Notes: generated by a model not told the origin, from the letters alone. DNA of 54,299 nt from a virus (IMGVR_UViG_3300045933_000271:1-54299), one strand, 5' to 3'. Shown: positions 8,830 through 16,683, counted from the first letter of the stretch. Translations and numbers: made by a program.

Positions 8830-8857
8830 AGTTTACAGTGCCCCCCAGCAGGGTCAA
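8830..8857 (-). promoter_or_regulatory. Sigma70-type promoter for the 62-aa ORF
   Basis: TTGACC-16bp-TAAACT on the minus strand. Confidence 0.5.
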
Positions 8858-9048
8858 AAGTATTCGGTATCGGTTACAATAAATATGAAACGTGAGTATA
8901 GGCATTTTTGTATAAGGGAGACGCAGTAGGGTCTGCGCTGGGTGGGAACGCGACCGGGCCTCCCGCGGGGCTTCAAGTGTGATACTCCGCGGAGGGAGTC
9001 AGAGGCGGCACGGGGAAAAGGATTGTTCGCCGCCGATGGTAGGGACGG

Positions 9049-10116
9049 TTGCGTGCCCGGGTTGTACCGCCAGCGGTCTCGCCCGAGATGGAGCGCTGGC
9101 TCTCCCAGCTCGCCAATCGAGGTCTATCCTCGAACACCATCTACGCCTACCGGAAGCGCCTGGACTGGTTTTTTGACTGGCTCCGCGGCACGGGCATGTC
9201 CTTGCTCGAGTTCACCTCCGACGCGATGGAGCAGTGGAAGTCCGACATGCGTGTCGCCCAGAAGCTCTCGATGCAGACGATCAAGGATCGATCCCTCACC
9301 GTAGCCGGCTTGTACGAATGGCTATGGCAGAAGAAGATCGTCTCCGAGCCCATCCACGTTGAGCCCATCAAGGTCCCCAAAAAGATCCCGAGGTATTTGA
9401 CCGAGGACCAGGTCCTGAAGGTGGTCGAGGTCGCGCGTTCGGTGAAGGCGGAGAAGCCCTTCTACCAGACGCGCGACCTCGCCCTCGTTGAGACCTTCTA
9501 TGCAAGCGGCGGCCGACTCTCCGAGGTTCTCAGCATGGACCTCGCCCGGACGAACCTGGACGCGGCCGAGGCGATCATCTCCGCGAAGGGGCAGAAGGAG
9601 CGGCTCCTGCGCCTGACCCCCGCGGCGGTCCGGGCAATCCGCGCCTGGCTTCAGGAACGGGCGGGGAAGCTCGAGGGCATGAAGAAGTCGGGCGAGGACG
9701 CGCTCTGGATCAGCTACTTCGGAAAGCGGCTTTCGGACTCGGGCGTGTGGCTCATCTTCGAGGGCCTCTGGCGCGTGGCGGGCCTGTCGGCGAAGCTCCA
9801 CCCTCACATGCTGAGACACTCGTTCGCCACCCATCTGCTCGAGCGCGGCGCCGACCTCCGTGAGGTTCAGGAACTGCTCGGGCATGGCGACGTCGGGTCG
9901 ACCCAAATCTATACCCATGTGTCCCAGCCCAGGCTGAGGAAGGTCTACCGGCGATCGCACCCGCGGGCGGTGGACAAACCGGTGGAAGAACCGGGGAAAC
10001 CACGCGCGATCGCCGTCACCGTCCACTTCACGGCCGACGAGATCCAGCGTTGCTGCGAGCTCGCTGAGGCTGCGGGGATCCCGCTCGAGGAATGGCTCCG
10101 GGGAAGGGTGCTTTAA
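9049..10116 (+). CDS. XerC/XerD-like tyrosine recombinase (integrase) with C-terminal RHH-like extension
   Basis: SAM-like N-domain (LSSNTIYAY), [50 protein letters not shown]: R-K-H-R-H-Y catalytic set intact. Confidence 0.95.
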   Translation: MRARVVPPAVSPEMERWLSQLANRGLSSNTIYAYRKRLDWFFDWLRGTGMSLLEFTSDAMEQWKSDMRVAQKLSMQTIKDRSLTVAGLYEWLWQKKIVSEPIHVEPIKVPKKIPRYLTEDQVLKVVEVARSVKAEKPFYQTRDLALVETFYASGGRLSEVLSMDLARTNLDAAEAIISAKGQKERLLRLTPAAVRAIRAWLQERAGKLEGMKKSGEDALWISYFGKRLSDSGVWLIFEGLWRVAGLSAKLHPHMLRHSFATHLLERGADLREVQELLGHGDVGSTQIYTHVSQPRLRKVYRRSHPRAVDKPVEEPGKPRAIAVTVHFTADEIQRCCELAEAAGIPLEEWLRGRVL

Positions 10117-10118
10117 GG

Positions 10119-10134
10119 GTGCAGACGTCTGCAC
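10119..10134. promoter_or_regulatory. 16-bp perfect palindrome GTGCAGACGTCTGCAC (candidate parS, copy 1)
   Basis: Perfect palindrome 2 bp after the recombinase stop; near-identical copies at 15096, 44890 and 47793. Confidence 0.7.
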
Positions 10135-10513
10135 GGAATCGTTCGTCGACAATGCCTGCGGTCGAGCGTCCCTTAATAAAGTGCGGTGCAGACACCGGTG
10201 TCCGCGCCGGTGTGGACGCCGGCGCCGGTCGATTCCCCCTATTCCCGTTTCAGACGTCGCGTTATACCGGTTACATGAGCCGGTACAAATCCGCCTGGTC
10301 GGGCAAAAAGATCTTGGACAAGCAGTTCACAGGCTTGACTTCCCCAAATGCTCGAGCGACAGTAAGTTTCGGATGGGTAATCGAGGGGAGAGGGGCGAAC
10401 GGAATCACCCCTGGGATCGCCCACCCGGTTAATAGTCCGGCATTCTTTTTGGACTGCGTCGTCTGCATTTCGAGGCGCGGTCTCGGTGAGCGGATGAAAC
10501 TGGGGGATCGGTA

Positions 10514-10924
10514 GTGCTCAGGATAGGTCAAAGTTATTGGTTCGGCAGGAACATCAGGCACCTCTACTTCATCGTCTCCGATCCGGATCTTAATCCCGAT
10601 GAAGTGGTCGCCGTCAACATGACGACGATCAATCACGGGGAGAAATACGATTCCTCGTGCGTCCTCCATCCCGGCGATCACGTAGCAGTGACGCGCCCGT
10701 CGTACATCAGCTACTGGAGAATGCAGATTTCCAGCAGATTCAAGATCGAAGACGCAATCGCGATCCGTGTCTTCAGTCAAGACAGGGACCTCCGCCATGA
10801 TGTGCTTAGGATGATTCAAGCAGGGCTGATCAAATCCAAGGACTCAAAGCGCCGGGCGAAGGAGATCCTTATCGACCAGGGCGTGACCGCTGTCGAACTC
10901 GACGCGGCGGAAGAGGAGCTCTAG
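10514..10924 (+). CDS. PemK/MazF-like putative toxin
   Basis: HLYFIVSDP..VVAVNMTT..DSSCVLHPGDHVAVTRPSYISY pattern of MazF-fold proteins; adjacent to a Panacea gene. Confidence 0.65.
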   Translation: MLRIGQSYWFGRNIRHLYFIVSDPDLNPDEVVAVNMTTINHGEKYDSSCVLHPGDHVAVTRPSYISYWRMQISSRFKIEDAIAIRVFSQDRDLRHDVLRMIQAGLIKSKDSKRRAKEILIDQGVTAVELDAAEEEL

Positions 10925-11490
10925 GAGTTGAGGACCGAGCCCAGGAAATAGTCCTCGGCAGCTTCTGCTCGGATCCGATCGATTTGCTCCTCGGACTTGC
11001 CGACTTGCCGGAGAATCTCTTCGACCGGGATCTGAAGTCTTGAGCCGTTGGGATTCTTCCACTCGGGCAGGCCATGGGTTAGCTCGACCAGGTCCCACTT
11101 GCTCATCCCTTCGCACGCGTCGCTGACCTCGTCGAGGAGCGCCGTCTCGGACTCGGAGAGGTTTCCGGCGCCAGGATCGTCTTGGAGGGCAACGTCTACC
11201 TCACTGGTCTTCTTGATGAACCTATCCCAGATCCCGGCCCTGGGCGTGAATGCCCCGCCTTCGCCGGTGATGAGGTTGAGCAGATTACTCAGCACGGGGC
11301 CCTTATTCATGGAGACGTAGAGATCCCCGACGATGGGCCGGCCGTTCGCGCGGAAGCTCTCGCGCTCGGCCAGATAGAGGAGCTTCATCAGGGCCAAATA
11401 GGGCAGCGTACCCTGGCGGCGCTTCAACAGCCAAGCAGCCACCTGGGTGGCCTTGGCCTCGTTGAACCGGTACTTGATCTGATCTTTCAT
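10921..11490 (-). CDS. Panacea-domain (DUF4065/SocA-like) antitoxin
   Basis: FNEAKATQVAAWLL..LMKLLYLAERES..GRPIVGDLYVSMNKGPVLS..LVELTHGLPEWK. Confidence 0.88.
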   Translation of the reverse strand: MKDQIKYRFNEAKATQVAAWLLKRRQGTLPYLALMKLLYLAERESFRANGRPIVGDLYVSMNKGPVLSNLLNLITGEGGAFTPRAGIWDRFIKKTSEVDVALQDDPGAGNLSESETALLDEVSDACEGMSKWDLVELTHGLPEWKNPNGSRLQIPVEEILRQVGKSEEQIDRIRAEAAEDYFLGSVLNS

Positions 11491-11575
11491 ACGCTCACCT
11501 GCTCAACTCCGCTGGTGATGCCTGAAAGAGCCCCCCTCGGCTTGGACGTCACGCGGGCTTGAAGCAACCTTCCGA

Positions 11576-11604
11576 AGCGTATCGCTCGAGCCCCGCGAAT
11601 TCAA
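11576..11604 (-). promoter_or_regulatory. Sigma70-type promoter of the Panacea gene
   Basis: TTGAAT-17bp-TACGCT on the minus strand. Confidence 0.55.
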
Positions 11605-11755
11605 GGGCATTTATATGGGGTACACACGATTCCAGCTTTCATCACAATTTAGTCAATAAATCATAATCGTATGGCCGTGTTTGATTTATGGTTATGTTTA
11701 ATCAACTGGGTCGTCTTATCTGTGTAGTAAATGATCTTTAAGAAACAGATGACCC

Positions 11756-11846
11756 GGAGGGTTGACCGAACGGTAAGGAGCCCGGCTTTAGAACCGTGGC
11801 GACCGCCTAGCGGCGGTTTGGGGGTTCGAATCCCCCACCCTCCTCA
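11756..11846 (+). tRNA. Non-canonical class II (long variable arm) tRNA, Ser-like scaffold, 8-nt anticodon loop CUUUAGAA
   Basis: Acceptor GGAGGGT/ACCCTCC 7 bp; D loop with GG; T arm GGGGG-TTCGAAT-CCCCC; variable arm GACCGCC-TAGC-GGCGGTT; anticodon stem CCCGG/CCG(T)GG; discriminator U, no encoded CCA. Confidence 0.85.
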
Positions 11847-11863
11847 ATCCGAATGGAGGATCG

Positions 11864-12073
11864 ATGGGCGACCTGACGTTGGACCAGCTGGCGGCCTTGG
11901 TGGGCGAGGCGATTGGCCTCGAGGACGACTCCCTCCTGAGCGAGATCCGGACGGCGGAGGACCTCGACGAGGCGATCCGGCGGGTGGAGGCGATGGCCGA
12001 GGACGCGGCCGCAGCCCTGGTGGTGTTGAGGAGCGAGAAGAAGCGGGCTCAAGCCCAGAAAGGGAAGAGGTAG
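11864..12073 (+). CDS. Hypothetical protein (69 aa, helical)
   Basis: GGAGG RBS 3' of the tRNA; GC3-rich codons. Confidence 0.75.
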   Translation: MGDLTLDQLAALVGEAIGLEDDSLLSEIRTAEDLDEAIRRVEAMAEDAAAALVVLRSEKKRAQAQKGKR

Positions 12074-12077
12074 ACGA

Positions 12078-12368
12078 ATGGCTAAAAGCGAAGCGGCCAC
12101 GTTCACGCAGCCCGGCCCCTACGAGGTGGAGGAGCACGATGCCGTCCGAGATCTCTGGAGGATCCGGACGGCCCAGGGCCTGATCATCGGCCCCATTTAT
12201 GGCAGGGGGACCGCGGAGCTCATGGCCGCGGCGCCGACGATGCTGGCGGCCTGCAAGCGGTCCCTCGAGCTGATCAAGGACTGCGGTTTCGGCGGCTCCA
12301 ACACCAGGGCCGAGAAGCGCATGGAGAAGTACCTGGCGGACGTGGTCAAGCTGGCTGAAGGTCGGTAG
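12078..12368 (+). CDS. Small phage protein related to the 7674..7973 family
   Basis: FTQPGPYEV..AELMAAAPTMLAAC..VKLAEGR. Confidence 0.75.
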   Translation: MAKSEAATFTQPGPYEVEEHDAVRDLWRIRTAQGLIIGPIYGRGTAELMAAAPTMLAACKRSLELIKDCGFGGSNTRAEKRMEKYLADVVKLAEGR

Positions 12369-12407
12369 AAACGAAAAGGGCCGCGCTGCTAGCGGTCAGC
12401 GCGGCCC
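12369..12407 (-). terminator. Intrinsic terminator for leftward read-through
   Basis: 11-bp stem GGGCCGCGCTG/CAGCGCGGCCC followed on the minus strand by TTTTCGTTT. Confidence 0.7.
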
Positions 12408-12441
12408 GGGTTGCCGAACGGCATTCAGAGGGTAGCTCAAC

Positions 12442-12654
12442 ATGACGAAGATGTCAACCATGGGACGTGGTGGAAAGCGGCCGGGCGCCGGCCGGCCTAA
12501 AAAGGATCCGGAGGATCGGCTCAAGCTCTTCGGCCTCTACCTCACCGACGAGCAGCGCACGCGGTATCAGGACGCCGCCGGCGCCGAAGGCCAGGACCTC
12601 CAGGACTGGATCCGCCGGCATCTCGACGCCGCGGCCGCGCGAATCCTGAAATGA
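12442..12654 (+). CDS. Small DNA-binding protein (GGxRxGAGRP motif plus ribbon-helix-helix-like)
   Basis: GRGGKRPGAGRPK..FGLYLTDEQRTRYQDAAGAEGQDLQDWIRRHL. Confidence 0.8.
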   Translation: MTKMSTMGRGGKRPGAGRPKKDPEDRLKLFGLYLTDEQRTRYQDAAGAEGQDLQDWIRRHLDAAAARILK

Positions 12655-12692
12655 CATTCATGTTGTATAGTCAATGAACTGAGGATGCGAGT

Positions 12693-13613
12693 ATGACCAT
12701 TTTCGTAAGCGCCCTGGTCCTGATGCTGATGGGTCCCCAGGAGCTCTCCCCCGCCGAGAAGAAGAAGCTATTCGAGCTCCGTCTCGCAGTCGAGAAGAGC
12801 CCCGAGGACGCGGCCGCGAACCTCGCCCTGGGGAAGTTCCTCTGCTTCGTCATTGGAAACTGGAACGAGGGGCTACCCATCTTGGCCAAGGGCGGCGACG
12901 ACCAATTCGCCCACACGGCCAGGCGGGATCTCGAACCGAAGGAGAACGCCCTCTTTTCCATCGAGGTCGCCGACATGTGGCTCCTTCTCGAGGGGAAGAA
13001 CCGGCCGATCGCGGCGCGGATCCGGGAGCGGGTGCTGTTCCACTTCGCCGAGGCCTGGCCGAAGATCTCGGATCCCGTCTGGAAGGACAAGACCCGTGAG
13101 CGTCTTCGGACGCTGCAGCAGAAGGGGCCGGAGTCCAAGACTACGGGGCCCGCGCCGGCAAACTGGTCGGCGGTGAATGCCAGTCTCGGCGGGGATCGTC
13201 AGTATGCGCGGACTGGAGCGACGTCGTTAAAGATCGCACCTCCAGACCCGAGTAAGAAGAACTTCCAGGGTGGACTATGCTCAGAGCTCATGCCGTGCGC
13301 GGCCGGGGCGAAGATCAAGTTCTCCGGTTGGGTGATGACCGGCGGTGCGGACGGGATCGACGAGCTCCGGATCAAACTGCGAAACGCGAAGCAGAGTGGC
13401 GGGGAGCAGCTGGCGATCGTTGCGGTAAAGACGTCGCCCGACCTACCCTACTGGGTGAAAGTCGAGGGCGAGACGACGGCTCCAGAAGGGACCAACAACG
13501 TCGAGATCTCCTTCAAGCGCACACCGAACGCCACGGGCTTCGTCTTCCTAGACGACTTCTCCGTGACCGCGGATGGAAAGGAGCTCCTCAAGAACGGGAG
13601 CTTCGAGAAGTAA
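12693..13613 (+). CDS. Secreted moron: helical domain plus CBM4/9-like galactose-binding fold
   Basis: Signal peptide; AAANLALGKFLCFVIGNWNEGLPILAKG; ARTGATSLKI..FSGWV..WVKVEG..VFLDDFSV..LLKNGSFE. Confidence 0.75.
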   Translation: MTIFVSALVLMLMGPQELSPAEKKKLFELRLAVEKSPEDAAANLALGKFLCFVIGNWNEGLPILAKGGDDQFAHTARRDLEPKENALFSIEVADMWLLLEGKNRPIAARIRERVLFHFAEAWPKISDPVWKDKTRERLRTLQQKGPESKTTGPAPANWSAVNASLGGDRQYARTGATSLKIAPPDPSKKNFQGGLCSELMPCAAGAKIKFSGWVMTGGADGIDELRIKLRNAKQSGGEQLAIVAVKTSPDLPYWVKVEGETTAPEGTNNVEISFKRTPNATGFVFLDDFSVTADGKELLKNGSFEK

Positions 13614-14412
13614 ACCGCGCGGCCGCGAGCTCGGCCGCCGCGACGACCGCCTCTGGGGAGACCTCCATCAGGCACGAGGGGCCGAACTTCCCGGGCTTCG
13701 CGCAATGCTCGCCGCATCCAAGGCACCGTTCCACAGTCCCGAGGGCGGTCGTATTCCAGTAGGCGCGGTTCCTGCCCGGGACGGGCCCGAAGATGACGAC
13801 TTGAGGCGTCCCGACGGCGGCCGCGAGATGGAAGAGCCCGGAATCGTTCCCGAGGTAGAGGGTACAGCGCGCGAGGAGCGCGGCCGTCTCCCGAATCGAG
13901 AGCTTCCCAAGGAAAGATCGGTCGCTGGCGATCGTCCCGCCATCAATTCCCGGGCTCGCCGGATGCTTGCCGACCTCGAGGACCCGCCAGCTGGCTGCTC
14001 GAAGGAGCTCGGAGAGCCGGCGGAAACGGCCGAGAGGCCAACGCCTGGCCTCCTTGCCGGCGTAGGAGTCGATCGCGATCGTCCGGGCCCAATTCTTGAT
14101 TCCGAAGTCGAGCCGGCGCTCGCCTTCGGTGAGGAAGATCTCCGGCGTGTCGTCGACGAGCTCGAGATTCAGTTGCTTGGCGAACTTCCTGGGGAGCGAG
14201 GTCTGGTTGTAGTGCAGGCCGTGACAGACCGAGACGACGCGGCCGGAGTCCATCGCCCCGGAGAGGACGTTGGGGTTCCCCTCAAGGATCTCGGGACGTT
14301 GGAATCCGTCGACGAAAATTCGGTCGTTCGGGCTGAGGCGATGAAGCTCGCGAAGGACCGGGGTCATCGCGACCTCGTCGCCGAGACCGCCCCATTCCAT
14401 CCTGACTTTCAC
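13588..14412 (-). CDS. Glycosyltransferase family 9 (heptosyltransferase-like)
   Basis: GGLGDEVAMTPVLREL, RRWP, LGKLSIRETAALL..YLGNDSGLFHLAAAVGTPQVVIFGP, CLMEVSPEAV; GTGA coupling at 14412. Confidence 0.92.
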   Translation of the reverse strand: MKVRMEWGGLGDEVAMTPVLRELHRLSPNDRIFVDGFQRPEILEGNPNVLSGAMDSGRVVSVCHGLHYNQTSLPRKFAKQLNLELVDDTPEIFLTEGERRLDFGIKNWARTIAIDSYAGKEARRWPLGRFRRLSELLRAASWRVLEVGKHPASPGIDGGTIASDRSFLGKLSIRETAALLARCTLYLGNDSGLFHLAAAVGTPQVVIFGPVPGRNRAYWNTTALGTVERCLGCGEHCAKPGKFGPSCLMEVSPEAVVAAAELAAARFTSRSSRS

Positions 14413-15005
14413 GCGCCCACCCACGGCTTGATGTACACGGCCTGGTTCGCGAAGGCGTGAACGATTTCGAGGCGTCGCTCGTCGATCGCCTGTCGTACTC
14501 CCTTGCAAGTGCTCATCTCGTAGTCGTCGAAGACGATCGCCCCTCCCGGAGAGAGACGCGGGAGAACGTGGTCTAGAAAGGCCCGGCAGCTTTCAAGAAG
14601 ATCGCCGTCGAAGTGGGCGAGCGCGAAAGGACCCTCGAGAGGGTGCTGGGCCATGCCCTCGGGGAACGTCATCGGAACGGGGGTCGCGTTGGGGAAGGGA
14701 CCCACGAGAGTCCGGACCCGATCGATCGACGTCCCACCGAAGTCCCCCGCCTTGTGATGATCGACGTCCGGCTTGGCCTTCGCGGGCATCCCGGCGAATG
14801 TGTCCACACCGTAGACGCGGCGCATGGGGCAAGCGGCCGCCAAAAGGTATAGCGACCCGCCTCGGAAGGTACCGAGCTCGAGAACGTCGCCGGGAACGCC
14901 TGCCGTCACCCCGGCCATGAGCCACAAAGCCCGGCAGCGCTTCTCCGTCAGAAGCGTATGGTGTTGGGCGACGGCGTAGGCTTCGCTGAACGTCGGGGAT
15001 TTCAT
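14409..15005 (-). CDS. TylF/MycF/NovP-like SAM-dependent sugar O-methyltransferase
   Basis: VPGDVLELGTFRGGS, GVDTFAGMP, ALAHFDGDL, LSPGGAIVFDDY..CKGVRQAIDE. Confidence 0.9.
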   Translation of the reverse strand: MKSPTFSEAYAVAQHHTLLTEKRCRALWLMAGVTAGVPGDVLELGTFRGGSLYLLAAACPMRRVYGVDTFAGMPAKAKPDVDHHKAGDFGGTSIDRVRTLVGPFPNATPVPMTFPEGMAQHPLEGPFALAHFDGDLLESCRAFLDHVLPRLSPGGAIVFDDYEMSTCKGVRQAIDERRLEIVHAFANQAVYIKPWVGA

Positions 15006-15095
15006 TCGCGCTCCGAGAAAATAAGGGGGGCCAGAGGCGGCGATCCTCTTACCCCCAGGAGTGACCGCGGCGGATACGCGGTCAGTGGCGAATCT

Positions 15096-15111
15096 CTGTA
15101 GACGTCTGCAC
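15096..15111. promoter_or_regulatory. Candidate parS palindrome copy 2 (14/16)
   Basis: CTGTAGACGTCTGCAC at the end of the lipoprotein gene. Confidence 0.6.
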
Positions 15112-15809
15112 TAAGTCGGCGATGCCGAAGGCGCTGCGGGCGCGGCCGCGGGCGGCGCGGCTGGTAGAATTGCTCCCACCGGCACCCCAAGCTTCTCTTG
15201 AGCCTTGCCGAGAACCTTGTCGATGTACGGTCGTAGGTTGGCGTCCTCGTGGGCTGTCTGAAGGGTGTCCCGGAGCTCGGCGACGACGTCGACGTCGCCG
15301 GAGGCCTTCTTCTTCTGCATGAAGGTCTCGACGGCCGAGATCGTCGTATCGAGCGCGGCGAAGACGGGCCCGAAGCCAGGGACAAACCGGCCGAACTTGC
15401 GCGCGATCCCGAGCGCGACCGCTCCTCCTGTCAGGAGAGCCCCACCGAGCATAGACCAAAAACCGACGTCATGGGAGCCGCCCGACTTCTCCCGGGCCTG
15501 TTTCGCGGCCTCGGCGGAGTAGGGCGTCGGCTCCTTTGGAGGACCCCAATTGCGTTGGAGCTGCTCGCCGTTGGCGAGCGCGTCCTCCGTGAGGGCCTCG
15601 ATCTCCTTCAGTGCCATCAAGGCCCGTGCGGGATCGTTCGTCAAGATCCCGGCCAGGACCTCGAGCTTCGCTTTCTGGAGCCTGGCGATCTGGACCGAAT
15701 GGTCGACGACGACCCGGTCCTCCTCTGTGACCGCGCTCATTCCCGAGCACCCGGCGATCGACATCAACAGCAGCGCCCCCACGAGCGCCCATCCCACTTT
15801 CTTCCCCAT
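15111..15809 (-). CDS. Lipoprotein with internal TM helix (spanin-like topology)
   Basis: AAAGGAG RBS; MGKKVGWALVGALLLMSIAG-C lipobox; helical region; hydrophobic FWSMLGGALLTGGAVALGIA. Confidence 0.75.
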   Translation of the reverse strand: MGKKVGWALVGALLLMSIAGCSGMSAVTEEDRVVVDHSVQIARLQKAKLEVLAGILTNDPARALMALKEIEALTEDALANGEQLQRNWGPPKEPTPYSAEAAKQAREKSGGSHDVGFWSMLGGALLTGGAVALGIARKFGRFVPGFGPVFAALDTTISAVETFMQKKKASGDVDVVAELRDTLQTAHEDANLRPYIDKVLGKAQEKLGVPVGAILPAAPPAAAPAAPSASPT

Positions 15810-15823
15810 CCTGCACTCTCCTT

Positions 15824-16234
15824 TCAATTCCTTGGAAGTCTCTCTCCGAGCTTTCTGGTCGTAGACCGCAGGGATTTGATCGAGTTGGCGAGCTCGTCGG
15901 CCTTCCTCAAGGCCGCCCGCAGCTGGTCTGGCTTGAACGGCTTCTGGAGGATCTCAACGACCAGGGCATCCTCCGGAGCCTCGTGTGCGAAGGCCGATAG
16001 GATGATGACCGGAACGTCGTTCCGCTTGCCGACGAGCGACTCGATCACCCGAGTGCCGTGCCCGTTCGGAAGCCGCAGGTCCAGCACGATCGCCGACAAG
16101 TCGATGATGTCCAGATGCATCAGGGCCTCGCGGACCGTTCCGCAGTCCACGATCCCGTAACCGGCATTCGAGAGGATCAGGCAGATCGCATTCCGGGCCC
16201 GGGGATCGTCTTCTACGACGAGCACGCGCTTCAT
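15824..16234 (-). CDS. Single-domain response regulator receiver (CheY-like)
   Basis: RVLVVEDD, IVLDLRLP (phospho-acceptor Asp52), PVIILSA, LQKPF; ATGA-coupled to the upstream gene. Confidence 0.93.
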   Translation of the reverse strand: MKRVLVVEDDPRARNAICLILSNAGYGIVDCGTVREALMHLDIIDLSAIVLDLRLPNGHGTRVIESLVGKRNDVPVIILSAFAHEAPEDALVVEILQKPFKPDQLRAALRKADELANSIKSLRSTTRKLGERLPRN

Positions 16235-16683
16235 GGTTGCCCTCCTGTCTTCTTCATGGCCTCAGCGATCTTCGGGCCAACCAGGAGCAGGTGATAGAGG
16301 CTCCACCAGATCAACCCCATCACCAGCGTTACGATCGACGGGATCGCGGCCTCGAGCGCCTTCTCGGTCCACTTCTTCCGGCGAGATGTCGTCTCTTTCC
16401 TCTGGAGCTGATCCAAGGCGGCTTTCGCCGTCTGCTGTGCGGTGGCTATCTTGGCCTCCAGGAGCTTGAAGGTCTGATCCCCGGTTTGGAGGCGGCCGTC
16501 CACCTGGCGGCGGGCCTCGGCGATCCACTCGAGATCCTTTTCCAGGGCGGCAATCCTCTCCCGGCTCTGGTCGCCATCTTGACCCTGATCCCTCAGAGTC
16601 CGCTGGATCTCTGCCAGGATTCGCTCCACTCCCTGCAACTGGCCGGAGACCTTGATGATTAGATCCTGAAACTGTCCACCCAT
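16231..16683 (-). CDS. Coiled-coil protein with C-terminal TM helix (holin-like position)
   Basis: Heptad-rich body; AAIPSIVTLVMGLIWWSLYHLLLV; follows tail-fibre genes. Confidence 0.65.
   Translation of the reverse strand: MGGQFQDLIIKVSGQLQGVERILAEIQRTLRDQGQDGDQSRERIAALEKDLEWIAEARRQVDGRLQTGDQTFKLLEAKIATAQQTAKAALDQLQRKETTSRRKKWTEKALEAAIPSIVTLVMGLIWWSLYHLLLVGPKIAEAMKKTGGQP

Noticed and set aside
8915-9020. c-di-GMP-I riboswitch (GACGCA..TAGGGTCT resemblance)
   Set aside because: The GCAAA/GNRA-receptor core is missing; only a short chance similarity
10092-10514. 140-aa ORF between recombinase and toxin
   Set aside because: No RBS or motif, overlaps the palindrome and promoter-like TTGACT; probably non-coding leader
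11675-11702. dif-like site (TTATGTTTAAT resembles the XerD arm)
   Set aside because: The XerC arm position (CCGTGTTTGAT) does not match; the AT-rich patch with the ATAAATCA/TGATTTAT inverted repeat is more likely a promoter/operator, though attP cannot be excluded
11756-11846. Genome-wide stop-codon reassignment implied by a UUA anticodon
   Set aside because: Core genes are full length in code 11 and TAA, TAG and TGA all serve as normal, often coupled, stops
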